Positions 31,689-41,243 are shown, numbered from the stretch's first letter. The stretch is DNA of 64,000 bases from Gemmatimonadota bacterium (GCA_020351855.1 CP070670.1:1664846-1728845), one strand, 5' to 3'. The notes: generated from the sequence alone by a model not told the origin. Program-made: numbers and translations.

Positions 31689-32033
31689 TCAGCCGCAGGT
31701 CACCTCGACGAGAAGACGCTTCCAGCTGGGCACGCTTTCATCGCCCACGCGCAGCAGCCGAACGCGAGTCTGCCCGCCGCGCCGCATCCACGGTCCGAGC
31801 CACGAACCGATCTCATTCGGCAGGTGACCGACCACGTCCCCGGCAAGCAGATGGACCCAGACGGTCTCCATCCCTGCACCGGGTGGATCCGGCACCAACA
31901 CGAGCGGCTCGCCCGAGCGGATCCGGGGCAGGTGGCGCATCCGGCCGCCGAAGGGGAGGCCGTGCACGGTCGAGCGAAACACGCGAGCGGCGCGTGGCGG
32001 AAGCGGAATCCCTGCAGCGGACATGCCGAACAT
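31689..32033 (-). CDS. hypothetical protein, possible HIRAN-like domain
   Basis: GEPLVLVPDPP...VGHLPNEIGSWL resembles the HIRAN core (GExLxLxxEPxNxxDxNAIxVxxxxGxxVGxLP). GC3 is coding-like. The start is uncertain (ORF open to 32279), and the match is weak. Confidence 0.35.
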   Translation of the reverse strand: MFGMSAAGIPLPPRAARVFRSTVHGLPFGGRMRHLPRIRSGEPLVLVPDPPGAGMETVWVHLLAGDVVGHLPNEIGSWLGPWMRRGGQTRVRLLRVGDESVPSWKRLLVEVTCG

Positions 32034-32247
32034 GGACCTCTGCGAGCCTGTGGTTGGCGGAGCGCCGGCGACCGATCTCGGAACTCCAGCGTGCGGCAGC
32101 AGCCTCAAGCTAGGGCAGCGTCCGAGGGTCGTAAACCCGGATCCCGGCTGTACGGGACGCCTCGGACAGCCGAGCGGCGGAGTCGAATCGCCGCCCAGGT
32201 CGATCCCGCTTGGGGAACCCGAGACCTGGCGACGGATATCGTAGCGC

Positions 32248-33447
32248 ATGACGAGCATGCAGGCGGACCCGAAGCCCATCTACCTGGACCACGCGGCCAC
32301 CTCACCCCTTCGACCGGAGGTGTGGGGCGCCATGGATGCCGTGCGATCCTGCGCCTTCAACCCGGTCAGCCCGCACGCCTTCGGGCGCCGAGCGCACGAG
32401 TGCCTGGAGGACGCCCGGGCGGCGCTGGGCGAGCTTCTGGGATGCTCGCGACACGCTCTCACCTTCACGGGCGGTGGCACCGAGTCCGACAATCTGGCGA
32501 TCCTCGGCTTCGCCAGGGCGAACCTCGACCGCGGGCCCTGCCTCATCCTGTCGGCGATCGAGCACATGGCCTGCCTGGAGGCGGCGAAGCGGGCAGAGAT
32601 CGAGGGCGCAGAGGTGCGGCTCCTACCGGTGGATCGTCATGCCAACGTGCGCCTCGATGCGCTCCAGACCGCACTGGAGGAAAGCGCAGGAAGGCCGACG
32701 CTCGTGTCCATCATGTGGGCCAACAACGAGGTCGGATCGGTCCAGCCGATGGCGGAGATCGCCCGTCTGGCGAGGCAGCACGGCGCGCTGCTGCACACGG
32801 ACGCCGTCCAGGCGCTCGGCAAGGAGGACATCTCGCTCGCCCGCCTCCCGGTGGACCTCCTGACCGCGACCGCCCACAAGTTGGGCGGGCCGGTCGGGAT
32901 CGGCCTGCTTTATCGCCGCGAAGGCGTGGCGCTGCAGCCCCTCACCTTTGGCGGGAGCCAGGAGGGTCGCCTGTGGCCGGGCACCCAGAACCCGCTCGCA
33001 GCGGCCGGGCTGGCCTGTGCCGTCCAGCTCGCCGTTCGCGAGCAGGCGGACCATGCGAAGCGGTGGTCGCGCCTGAGAGACGATCTGGCGGCTCGCCTCC
33101 GGCAGGGAATCCCGGGCCTCGTCGTGCACGCCGAGGGAGCCGATCACCGACTTCCCAACCTGCTCAGCGTCGGCATCCGGGGCTGTGACCCTGGCGCCCT
33201 CCTCCTCGCCCTCGATCTGGAGGGCATCGCCGTATCGGGCGGATCGGCCTGCAGCAGCGGCTCCGCGAAGGGATCTCATGTCCTGGCCGCGATGGGGGTG
33301 AGCAGAGAAGAGGAGTATGCGACCGTGCGCTTCAGCTTCGGGCCCGGCAACTCCGCTCGAGAGGTGGAGCGGGCAGCCGCGTCCATGGTCCGCGCAACGA
33401 GCCGGATCCTGGCCGGCACGAGAAACCGGGCAGCGAGCGATGCCTGA
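32248..33447 (+). CDS. iscS: cysteine desulfurase (NifS/IscS family)
   Basis: Class V aminotransferase with the PLP-lysine region TATAHKLGGPVGIGLLY and the active-site Cys in SGGSACSSGS. Confidence 0.9.
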   Translation: MTSMQADPKPIYLDHAATSPLRPEVWGAMDAVRSCAFNPVSPHAFGRRAHECLEDARAALGELLGCSRHALTFTGGGTESDNLAILGFARANLDRGPCLILSAIEHMACLEAAKRAEIEGAEVRLLPVDRHANVRLDALQTALEESAGRPTLVSIMWANNEVGSVQPMAEIARLARQHGALLHTDAVQALGKEDISLARLPVDLLTATAHKLGGPVGIGLLYRREGVALQPLTFGGSQEGRLWPGTQNPLAAAGLACAVQLAVREQADHAKRWSRLRDDLAARLRQGIPGLVVHAEGADHRLPNLLSVGIRGCDPGALLLALDLEGIAVSGGSACSSGSAKGSHVLAAMGVSREEEYATVRFSFGPGNSAREVERAAASMVRATSRILAGTRNRAASDA

Positions 33448-34588
33448 CAGCCGGCCGGGCGCGAGCGGCAGGCCGGCCAGCGGCCCCGGCCACCGCAACG
33501 CGGGAGATCGGTCGGGCTCCCCGGCCTCGGTGCTCGTCGCCATGTCGGGCGGTGTGGATTCCAGCGTCGCGGCCGCACTGCTCGCCGAGCGGGGATACCG
33601 GGTCACGGGCGTGACCATGAAGACCTTCTGCTACGGTGACGTGCCCGGACCGGCCCGGACCTGCTGCGGTCTGGAGGGCATCTCGGACGCGAAGGCGGTC
33701 GCGGCCCGGCTCGGCATCGCCCATGCGGTGCTGGACGTGGAGGCGGATTTCGCTCGGGACGTGATCGCCGACTTCGTTTCGGAGTATGCGGCCGGCCGCA
33801 CCCCGATCCCCTGCGTCCGCTGCAACAGCTTCACGAAGTTTCGCGATCTGGCAGCACGCGCCGACCTCCTCGGCTGCGACTACCTGGCTACCGGGCACTA
33901 CGCGCGGACCGTCCGGGACGACGGCACGATGCGGCTGTGCCGGGCGCAGGACGAACGGAAGGACCAGACCTACTTCCTGTGGGGCATTCCGGCCGAAGTG
34001 CTTACCCGTCTGTTCCTGCCGATCGGCGACATGGACAAGGCGACGGTTCGGCAAACGGCGAGCGCGCTCGGCCTGAGCACGGCCGACAAGCCGGAGTCCT
34101 TCGAGATCTGCTTCGTGCCCGACAACGACTACGCCGGGGTGCTGCTCCGATACCTGGGCGAGGACCACCCGGCGCTGTCACCGGGACCCATCCTGTTCGA
34201 GGACGGCCGGCCGGCGGGAGAACACCAGGGTTATGCCCGCTTCACGGTCGGTCAACGCCGGGGATTGCCCGGAGGCTCCGGCGAGCCGATGTACGTCGTG
34301 GAGATCCGGCCCGAGGGACGTGCCGTCGTGATCGGCCCCGCCTCCTCGCTCGCTCGCACACGCGTCGTGGCTTCGCGCGCCAACTGGCTGGCCGGGCCGC
34401 CCGATCCGGGCGATGAGGTCGGGGTGCGAATCCGGCACGGGGCGCCCATCGTCGAGGCGCGGATACTGGAGCGGGGCGACCGGCACTTCTCGATCGAGCT
34501 CGGCCTCCCCCAGCGAGCGATCACGCCCGGGCAGAGCGCCGTCCTCTACCGCGGAGAGATCGTTCTGGGAGGTGGAGTCATCCTCTGA
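33440..34588 (+). CDS. mnmA: tRNA-specific 2-thiouridylase
   Basis: PP-loop VLVAMSGGVDSSVAA and the catalytic Cys residues (CCGLE...CVRCN). The ATG at 33440 overlaps the iscS stop by 8 nt. Confidence 0.9.
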   Translation: MPDSRPGASGRPASGPGHRNAGDRSGSPASVLVAMSGGVDSSVAAALLAERGYRVTGVTMKTFCYGDVPGPARTCCGLEGISDAKAVAARLGIAHAVLDVEADFARDVIADFVSEYAAGRTPIPCVRCNSFTKFRDLAARADLLGCDYLATGHYARTVRDDGTMRLCRAQDERKDQTYFLWGIPAEVLTRLFLPIGDMDKATVRQTASALGLSTADKPESFEICFVPDNDYAGVLLRYLGEDHPALSPGPILFEDGRPAGEHQGYARFTVGQRRGLPGGSGEPMYVVEIRPEGRAVVIGPASSLARTRVVASRANWLAGPPDPGDEVGVRIRHGAPIVEARILERGDRHFSIELGLPQRAITPGQSAVLYRGEIVLGGGVIL

Positions 34589-34636
34589 TCGGTTGGCGGC
34601 ATGGCTAGAATGGCGGCCGGCACGGCACAGCGCGGG

Positions 34637-34684
34637 CCCGCGCCCGCTCAGTACCGCAGCCCCGCGCCCGCTCAGTACCGCAGC
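34637..34684. repeat. 24-bp tandem direct duplication spanning the dnaJ stop codon
   Basis: ccgcgcccgctcagtaccgcagcc occurs twice in tandem. The second copy encodes the dnaJ C-terminus ...EGLRY* on the minus strand. Confidence 0.7.
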
Positions 34685-35781
34685 CCCTCGACCTCCGCCA
34701 GCTCCTCGGCCGCCCGGCGCCCCTTTTCCGATAGCGTCGACGGCGCCTCGATGCGGACCTTGACCAGCTGATCGCCGCGCACTCCCCCCTTCTCGATCCC
34801 GTGGCCGCGGATCCGGAAGGTGGTCCCGCCCTGCGTCCCGGGGGGGATCCTGAGCACGATCTTCTTGTTGTCGACGGTGCGCACGCGTATGCGAGAGCCC
34901 AACATCGCCTGGGCGACGTTGAGGGGCACCTCGCAGATCACGTTCAGGCCTTCCCGCTCGAAGAACGGATCATCCTTGACGTGGAACTTGATGATCAGGT
35001 CCCCTGCCTTGCCGCCGCTCGGCCCGCGCTCCCCCTGACCCGGAATTCGGACCTTCGAACCCGTCTCCACTCCCTCGGGAACCGTCACGCTGATCTTCCG
35101 CCGGGAGCGGACCTCGCCCCGGCCAGCGCACGTTGGGCAGGGCGGATCCGGGATCCTGCCTCTCGCCAGGCAGTTCGGACAGGGCCGCTGAACGGAGAAC
35201 GTCCCCTGACCGAAGGTCACCCGACCCGTTCCCCTGCACTCGGGGCAATCGCGCAGGTGCCCTCCCGGCGCCACCCCCTCACCCTCGCAGGTCGCGCATG
35301 ACTCGACGATCGGGACGGTCACGTTCACCTTTCCACCACGCGCAGCCATCCGGAATGGGACCTCGACCAGATACTCGACGTTCTGACCGCGGCTCTCCCG
35401 CTCCGGCTTGCGGGCCGCACGCCGTCCGAAATCGAAGATCGAGCTGAACAGATCGCCGAGCCCGCCCGTGTCGCCCAGGTCCTCGAACCGGAACGCACCG
35501 GGCCGGGCTCCCGGCCGCGGCCCGCCGGGAGCCCCGAACCCGAAGCCGCCAAGCCCCCCGAACCGACGCATCTGATCGTACTTCTTTCGCTGCTCGTCGT
35601 CGGACAGTACGCGGTAGGCCTCGGAGATCTCCTTGAAGCGCTCCGCCGCGCCAGGGTCATCCGGGTGCGTGTCGGGGTGATGCTGCTTGGCGAGCTTCCG
35701 ATACGCTTTCTTGATCTGGTCGGCGCCGGCTTTCTCCCCGACCCCGAGGATCTCGTAGTAGTCCTTGGTGCGCGTTGCCAT
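34672..35781 (-). CDS. dnaJ: molecular chaperone DnaJ
   Basis: J-domain (KDYYEILGV...HPD), G/F-rich region, and four CxxCxGxG zinc-finger repeats. Confidence 0.95.
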   Translation of the reverse strand: MATRTKDYYEILGVGEKAGADQIKKAYRKLAKQHHPDTHPDDPGAAERFKEISEAYRVLSDDEQRKKYDQMRRFGGLGGFGFGAPGGPRPGARPGAFRFEDLGDTGGLGDLFSSIFDFGRRAARKPERESRGQNVEYLVEVPFRMAARGGKVNVTVPIVESCATCEGEGVAPGGHLRDCPECRGTGRVTFGQGTFSVQRPCPNCLARGRIPDPPCPTCAGRGEVRSRRKISVTVPEGVETGSKVRIPGQGERGPSGGKAGDLIIKFHVKDDPFFEREGLNVICEVPLNVAQAMLGSRIRVRTVDNKKIVLRIPPGTQGGTTFRIRGHGIEKGGVRGDQLVKVRIEAPSTLSEKGRRAAEELAEVEGLRY

Positions 35782-36416
35782 CAGTCGCCGGGGGAACCGG
35801 CTGTCCCGCTCGAGGGCTCCGTCGAGGGCTCGGCATACTTCATCACCTCGACGCGCGCCGGACGGACGAGGATCTGCCCGAAGGTGTACCCGTCGAGAAG
35901 AACGGCGCTCACGACATCGTCCTTCGCCGGATCGTCGGTGGGACGAACGGACAGTGCCTCGTGCAGGTTGGGATCGAACGGCTGGCCGGCCGCATCGATG
36001 CGCTCCAGGCCTTCGTCACCGAGCTCTTTGCGCATCTTCTGCTCCACGAGCCCCACGCCCTCGAGCAGCGAGTCCACGGTGGCGTCCGAGGCCGCGTGCG
36101 CCACCCGGCTGAGATCGTCCAGGACGTCCAGCAGTCCCCGAACGAGATCCGCCTGCGACCGCCTCCGCATCTCCGTCAGCTCCCTGCGGGTTCGCTTGCG
36201 GTAGTTTTCGAACTCGGCGGCAAGCCTTAGGTGACGGTCCTGGAGTTCTTCCAGATCCCGGATGAGACCGTCCTCCCTCGCCTCTCTCTCGGCCATCTCC
36301 TGCTCGGCCACCAGCACCTCGTCGTGCCCGACGACAGCATCGTCCCCCGAGTCAGACTCGTCCTGCCGCCTCTCCTCGCCGTCGGTCACTTCCTCGATTC
36401 TCTGCTCATCCGTCAT
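35781..36416 (-). CDS. grpE: nucleotide exchange factor GrpE
   Basis: GrpE coiled-coil (RLAAEFENYRKRTRRE) and a C-terminal beta domain. Its stop shares 1 nt with the dnaJ start. Confidence 0.9.
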   Translation of the reverse strand: MTDEQRIEEVTDGEERRQDESDSGDDAVVGHDEVLVAEQEMAEREAREDGLIRDLEELQDRHLRLAAEFENYRKRTRRELTEMRRRSQADLVRGLLDVLDDLSRVAHAASDATVDSLLEGVGLVEQKMRKELGDEGLERIDAAGQPFDPNLHEALSVRPTDDPAKDDVVSAVLLDGYTFGQILVRPARVEVMKYAEPSTEPSSGTAGSPGD

Positions 36417-36521
36417 CGTTAATCGCTCGTCTCCGTTTGGCTCCCGAGCCCGCCTCCGCCACCCCGGACATCTTCGAGCCCGAGGGGAGGCTCTGCCAGG
36501 CCGGACCCCGGAAGCACCGCG

Positions 36522-37223
36522 TCACCCCGTCGCCGGACAGCACCGACGGACCTCGTCGAGTGTCGCCTGGACCGCCTGCTTCCGCACCTCTCGTCGGCCA
36601 CCGGCAAAACGGAAACGACGAGAAGCCTCGCGCGGGCCGGCGGAGGCGATCCACACGGTCCCGACTGGCTTCTCGACCGTGCCACCCCCGGGACCGGCGA
36701 TACCTGTAACCGCGACAGCCAAGCTCGTTCCCGACCGCCGCTGCAGGCCCCGGGCCATCTCCAACGCGACCTCCTCCGAGACGGCGCCAAAGCGCCGAAG
36801 TGCCTCCGGCCGGACACCGAGCCACTCCATCTTCGCAGCATCATCGTAGGCCACGATGCCGCCCCAATATGCCGTGGACGCGCCCGCAATGGACGTCAGG
36901 GCCGCCCCGACCCAGCCCCCGGTGCAGCTCTCGGCCGACGAGACGGTCATGCCCGCACGCCGCAGACGCTCGATCACTACGGCAGCCAGAGAGTCTTCAC
37001 CCACCCCGTAGACCCGCTCCGCGAACGCCTCCCGAACATGCAGGACCAGATCTTCCAGAATCTCCTCCGGCCCACGGATGGCCAGATCGAGCAGGTAGCC
37101 ACGAGGCCGCAGATCGATCGATCCCTGCCGAGGCGACAGCGCATCCAGCACGCGGTAGGCTTCAGCCGCGGTCACGTCGGCCAGACGTACCAACCGCAGG
37201 GGTGACGCCGAGGATCGGGTCAA
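36522..37223 (-). CDS. CinA-family protein (C-terminal PncC-like nicotinamide-nucleotide amidase domain) with ~70-aa N-terminal extension
   Basis: CinA C-terminal domain motifs SAESCTGGWVGAALT and YWGGIVAYDDAAK. Confidence 0.75.
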   Translation of the reverse strand: MTRSSASPLRLVRLADVTAAEAYRVLDALSPRQGSIDLRPRGYLLDLAIRGPEEILEDLVLHVREAFAERVYGVGEDSLAAVVIERLRRAGMTVSSAESCTGGWVGAALTSIAGASTAYWGGIVAYDDAAKMEWLGVRPEALRRFGAVSEEVALEMARGLQRRSGTSLAVAVTGIAGPGGGTVEKPVGTVWIASAGPREASRRFRFAGGRREVRKQAVQATLDEVRRCCPATG

Positions 37224-37257
37224 GAGATCCTTCGCTGCGACTCCGGCGCCTGTCCGC

Positions 37258-37896
37258 TCACGGCTCCTGGCCGGCGAATATGTGACTGAATGCGGTCAGA
37301 TAGGTAACCAGGGACACGATCGTCAGCGCGAGTGCAACGGTGAGGCTCAGGCTCGTGAACCACTCGTGAACAAGCTGAAAGCCCCCCCAGAAGGAGCCTG
37401 ACCAGCCGTTGGCGCGCGCTCCCGTCTGAAGGGCGACGAGCAGGATCGCCGATCCAACGAAGATGTTCTGTGCCAGCGCCTTCCGCTTGCCCACCGGACT
37501 GGCCGGCACGACGCTTCCTCGCCGCGCCGCAGCGAGCCTGAGCGTGGTGACGATCACCTCGCGACCCAGCAGCACGAACAGGACCCAGAGCGGAAGTCCG
37601 CCGTACATTGGAATCGGAAGCACTTCCGGTCGCACGAGTCCGATCCAGTACAGCGGTAGAAGGGTAGCCACCACGAGCAGCTTGTCGGCGATCGGATCGA
37701 CCAACTTGCCGAAGTTCGTGATCTGACCGCGGCGGCGGGCCAGCTGACCGTCCCACAAGTCGGACAGTCCCGCGAGCACGAAGACAAGGAACGCCAACAG
37801 CCTCGAGTGAAGCGAGGGGCCAAGCAGGAGAAGCGCCACGATCGGCGCGAGCGCCACCCGGACGGACGTGATCGTGTTGGGAAGATTGAAGGGCAT
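37258..37896 (-). CDS. pgsA: CDP-diacylglycerol--glycerol-3-phosphate 3-phosphatidyltransferase
   Basis: CDP-alcohol phosphatidyltransferase motif (DLWDGQLARRRGQITNFGKLVDPIADK). Confidence 0.85.
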   Translation of the reverse strand: MPFNLPNTITSVRVALAPIVALLLLGPSLHSRLLAFLVFVLAGLSDLWDGQLARRRGQITNFGKLVDPIADKLLVVATLLPLYWIGLVRPEVLPIPMYGGLPLWVLFVLLGREVIVTTLRLAAARRGSVVPASPVGKRKALAQNIFVGSAILLVALQTGARANGWSGSFWGGFQLVHEWFTSLSLTVALALTIVSLVTYLTAFSHIFAGQEP

Positions 37897-37934
37897 TCAG
37901 ATGCCGACCGGCCTGCTGGCCGCCGCTTGGATCG

Positions 37935-38264
37935 CTAGCTTCCTTCCGCCGCCCTCGGGCCCATGAGTTGTCGCTCCATGCTCTCCAGCATCGCCGCGGC
38001 CCGCTTCCGAAGCAGCGGGCGCTCCTCCCAGGCCAGGTAGTCCCTCAACAGCAGGACGTTGTCCACGTTCGGGTGCGCACGAAGGTACCCCAGGGCCGCG
38101 AGGCGCCTCAGCGGGTGGGAGCTGAACAGCCCCCTCCGGTGACGCATCATCTGGTCGCGGGCCAGCACGACGCCGATGAGCGTCGCCGCTGCCGCCCCGA
38201 GCACCACGAGCCCCGTCACCTTGAGGGCGCGCGTGGGCACCCGCTCGGTCTTCACCACCAGCAC
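37935..38264 (-). CDS. hypothetical small membrane protein
   Basis: One TM helix (VTGLVVLGAAAATLIGVVLA). It is packed tightly between the recR stop (38266) and pgsA. No domain recognised. Confidence 0.4.
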   Translation of the reverse strand: MLVVKTERVPTRALKVTGLVVLGAAAATLIGVVLARDQMMRHRRGLFSSHPLRRLAALGYLRAHPNVDNVLLLRDYLAWEERPLLRKRAAAMLESMERQLMGPRAAEGS

Positions 38265-38265
38265 G

Positions 38266-38853
38266 TCACATATCCCTCCGTCCGGCGAACGCTTCGGCTA
38301 TGGTTACCCCGTCCGCGTATTCCAGGTCTCCACCCACCGGCAACCCCCGCGCGAGGCGAGTGATCCGCACGCCTTCGAGCGGCGAGATGAGCCGGTGCAG
38401 ATACGTCGCCGTCGCCTCGCCCTCCACGCTCGGATTGGTCGCCACGATCACCTCGCGAACCCCGGCACGCAGCCGCTCGATGAGCGGCGAGACGTTCAGC
38501 TGCTCCGGCCCGATGCCGTCGAGCGGCGATAGCCGGCCGCCCAGCACGTGATAGAGCCCACGGTAGTTGCCCGATTTTTCGATTGCCGCGATGTCCGAGG
38601 CCTCCTCCACGACACAGAGCTGCTCCGTGCTGCGGCGGGGGTCCGCACAGTACTCGCACGGATCCCGATCGCTGAGGTTGGCGCAGCGGCCGCAGGTGCG
38701 TACCTCCTCCGCCACGCGGACCAGCGCCCCGGCCAGGCGCCTCGCTTCCGCCGGGGAGTTCTTGAGCAGGTAGTACGTGAGGCGTTGTGCCGTCTTCCGA
38801 CCGATGCCGGGAAGGCGGCCAAACTCCGTGATCAGCTCTTCGATGGCGGGCAC
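38266..38853 (-). CDS. recR: recombination protein RecR
   Basis: HhH N-terminus (LPGIGRKTAQRL), C4 zinc finger (CGRCANLSDRDPCEYC), and a Toprim domain. Confidence 0.95.
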   Translation of the reverse strand: MPAIEELITEFGRLPGIGRKTAQRLTYYLLKNSPAEARRLAGALVRVAEEVRTCGRCANLSDRDPCEYCADPRRSTEQLCVVEEASDIAAIEKSGNYRGLYHVLGGRLSPLDGIGPEQLNVSPLIERLRAGVREVIVATNPSVEGEATATYLHRLISPLEGVRITRLARGLPVGGDLEYADGVTIAEAFAGRRDM

Positions 38854-38908
38854 CAGGGCTCCTCATCGGGCGCCCGTCGGACGCTCGGGCCTTCGATCCT
38901 TCCCCCCA

Positions 38909-39244
38909 TCAGCTTCCGAAAAGGCCCGCAAGGTTAGAAAGCGGGAGCCCACCCGCCGCCTCCTTCATCTCTTTTTCCAGCTTCTCCCGCGCCCGCCGCT
39001 GCACCTCCGACACGGCCGCCAGGACGAGGTCTTCCAGCATCTCGATATCGGCGGGATCCACGACGGCCGGATCGAGCCGGATGCGGCGAACGTTGCCGCG
39101 ACCATCCGCGTGCACCTCCACCATCCCTCCGCCGCTCGTCGCGGTCAGGGTCTCCTTCTCCAGACGATCGTTCAAGTCGGCCAGTCTGGACTGCATCTGT
39201 TGGCCGAGCTGGAATAGCTGCTGCAGGTTCCCTAGGCTATCCAC
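38909..39244 (-). CDS. ybaB: nucleoid-associated protein YbaB/EbfC
   Basis: YbaB family (GGGMVEVHADGRGNVRRIRLDP). This is the dnaX-ybaB-recR synteny. Confidence 0.9.
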   Translation of the reverse strand: MDSLGNLQQLFQLGQQMQSRLADLNDRLEKETLTATSGGGMVEVHADGRGNVRRIRLDPAVVDPADIEMLEDLVLAAVSEVQRRAREKLEKEMKEAAGGLPLSNLAGLFGS

Positions 39245-41045
39245 CTGGTCGCTCCTTGAGGGTGAGGTCCAGCTTTTCTACCGCCTCGCGAAGCGCGGGA
39301 TCCAGCGCCACCATCTCTTCCACGCGCTGCTTACGGCTGGTTCGCGCGGTGAGACGCTCGCTCTTTCCGCTCTCCTCCAGGCAGATCGAGAACTCGTCGG
39401 GATTCGAGCCGAGTCGCTCGGCGAGCGCCTCCCGCAGCCATCCGGACCGCGCGCCGTCCGACAGGAAGGCCTCCAGATCGGCCCGCAGGCCCGGTGGGAC
39501 CTCCAGGACGAGCGTCCGGCCGTCGAGGCGAACGGGACGGACGCCGCGCAGGGCCAGCGCCTGACCGCCCTGCGCCTTGGCGACCGACAGCGACGTCTTC
39601 CAGAGCTCGCGCAGGGAGCCGAGCTTCGTCGCGACGACCGTCGCCGGGCCGCCCTCGGGCGCGCCGGCGCGACCGCCTGCGGGGGGGCGCGAGGAACCCT
39701 GGATCTCCCGACGGGAGCCGGCGTCCCGCGACACCGGCCGCGGGCCGGCGCTCCGGGACCCCGCCCCGCGGCCCGCGGGCCGGGCCTCCGCAGGCGGTCT
39801 GGCCTCCGCAGCCGGTCTGGCCTCCCCACCCCGCGCTCCACCCCCATGCCCGGCATCCGCCCCCGAGTGCCTCTCCTCTGGCTTCTCCCCGGCGGAACCG
39901 GCTGCCCGGAGCAGCGCCTCGAGCTCGACGCTCGAGTCCATCGCGGCGAGGCGGAGGAGCAGGACCTCCAGCTGCACACGTTCGTGACCGCCCCTGCCCA
40001 ACCCCCCGCGAGACTCGAAGTCCGTCACCGCCACGAGAAGTCTGAGGAGATCCACCTCCTCGAACCGGGCAGCGAGATCGAGGAACCGCTGGCGGCTCTC
40101 CGGAAGGATGTCCAGGGTCCGGCTTTCCGGGTCAGCCCGCAGGATGAGAAGGGCCCGCAGCGTCTCCGCCAGTCCGCGCACGAACTCGGAGGCATCGTGA
40201 CCATCGTCCAGCAGCGCCTGCACGAATGGAAAGACGGCCGCGCGGTCCCGCCGAGCTACGGCCTCCATGAACTCGATGTACCGTTCCTCGTCCACCAGGC
40301 CGAGCATGCGCCGGACCTCATCCGCCTCCACGCTACGGCCCAGGGAAAGGACCTGGTCGAGCAGCGAGAGCGCATCCCGCACTCCACCCTCGGCCCGTCG
40401 CGCGATGGACAGGAGCGCGGCCTCCTCGGCTTCGATCTCCTCCCGGTCCATCACCTCACGCAGCCGAGCGACGATCTCGGCCACGGAAACCCGACGGAAG
40501 TCGAAGCGCTGGCAGCGGGAGAGCACCGGGGCAGCGGTATGACGGATCTTGTGCGGCTCGGTGGTGGCGAATACGAAGATCACGCGCGGCGGAGGCTCCT
40601 CGAGGATCTTCAGCAGCGCGTTCCAAGCCTCGCGGGTGAGCATGTGGGCTTCGTCGACGATGTAGACCTTGAAGCGGTCCTCGCCTGACGGGGCGTACAT
40701 CGCCCGCTCACGCAGGTCTCTCGCATCGTCCACGCCGCGGTGGGACGCCGCATCGATCTCGACCACATCCAGGGAGGCCTGGCCGGCCCAGATACGCTGG
40801 CACGACCGGCACGTCCCGCACGGCTCACCGTCCTGCGTCGATTCGCAGTTCAGGGCCATCGCCAGGAGACGGGCGGCCGTCGTCTTCCCCACCCCGCGCG
40901 GCCCGCAGAACAGATAGGCGTGCGCCACCCGTCCGCCTTCCACCGCGGACCGAATGGTGGCACTCACGTGCTGCTGGCCTACGAGCTCGTTGAACTGGCG
41001 TGGTCGGTGCTTTCTGGCGAGAGCGGTGTGGTGCATCGGCCTCAA
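39237..41045 (-). CDS. dnaX: DNA polymerase III subunits gamma/tau
   Basis: AAA+ clamp-loader N-terminus (YLFCGPRGVGKTTAARLLA), a zinc module (CGTCRSCQ), an SRC region, and a long Pro/Ala/Arg-rich linker. Confidence 0.95.
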   Translation of the reverse strand: MRPMHHTALARKHRPRQFNELVGQQHVSATIRSAVEGGRVAHAYLFCGPRGVGKTTAARLLAMALNCESTQDGEPCGTCRSCQRIWAGQASLDVVEIDAASHRGVDDARDLRERAMYAPSGEDRFKVYIVDEAHMLTREAWNALLKILEEPPPRVIFVFATTEPHKIRHTAAPVLSRCQRFDFRRVSVAEIVARLREVMDREEIEAEEAALLSIARRAEGGVRDALSLLDQVLSLGRSVEADEVRRMLGLVDEERYIEFMEAVARRDRAAVFPFVQALLDDGHDASEFVRGLAETLRALLILRADPESRTLDILPESRQRFLDLAARFEEVDLLRLLVAVTDFESRGGLGRGGHERVQLEVLLLRLAAMDSSVELEALLRAAGSAGEKPEERHSGADAGHGGGARGGEARPAAEARPPAEARPAGRGAGSRSAGPRPVSRDAGSRREIQGSSRPPAGGRAGAPEGGPATVVATKLGSLRELWKTSLSVAKAQGGQALALRGVRPVRLDGRTLVLEVPPGLRADLEAFLSDGARSGWLREALAERLGSNPDEFSICLEESGKSERLTARTSRKQRVEEMVALDPALREAVEKLDLTLKERPGG

Positions 41046-41097
41046 GCTATGGGTGCATCCGGTAGGTCGAAAGACGCCCGAATCGGACGGTACGACG

Positions 41098-41200
41098 AAA
41101 ACCCCAGGCGAACCGTGGCGACGCTCCCACGCTTACCGCTGCTGCCTTCGCGGCCCTGACGGAGTTCACGCGCTCGCGCCCCACGGGCCTGGGGAAGCGC
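41098..41200 (-). ncRNA. ffs: signal recognition particle RNA (small/4.5S-type SRP RNA), candidate
   Basis: The minus-strand transcript is GCGCUUCCCCAGGCCCGUGGGG...GUCAGGGCCGCGAAGGCAGCAGCGGUAAGCG...CCACGGUUCGCCUGGGGUUU. It carries the conserved domain IV core (GUCAGG-NCC-GNGAAGG-NAGCAGC). The terminal complementarity CCCCAGGC/GCCUGGGG and CCGUGG/CCACGG closes a long hairpin. It lies immediately upstream of dnaX, which is the usual ffs position. Confidence 0.7.
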
Positions 41201-41243
41201 CAAGCTAGGCTCGGGGATGAGCCAGATCAACTCTGGCAGATGA

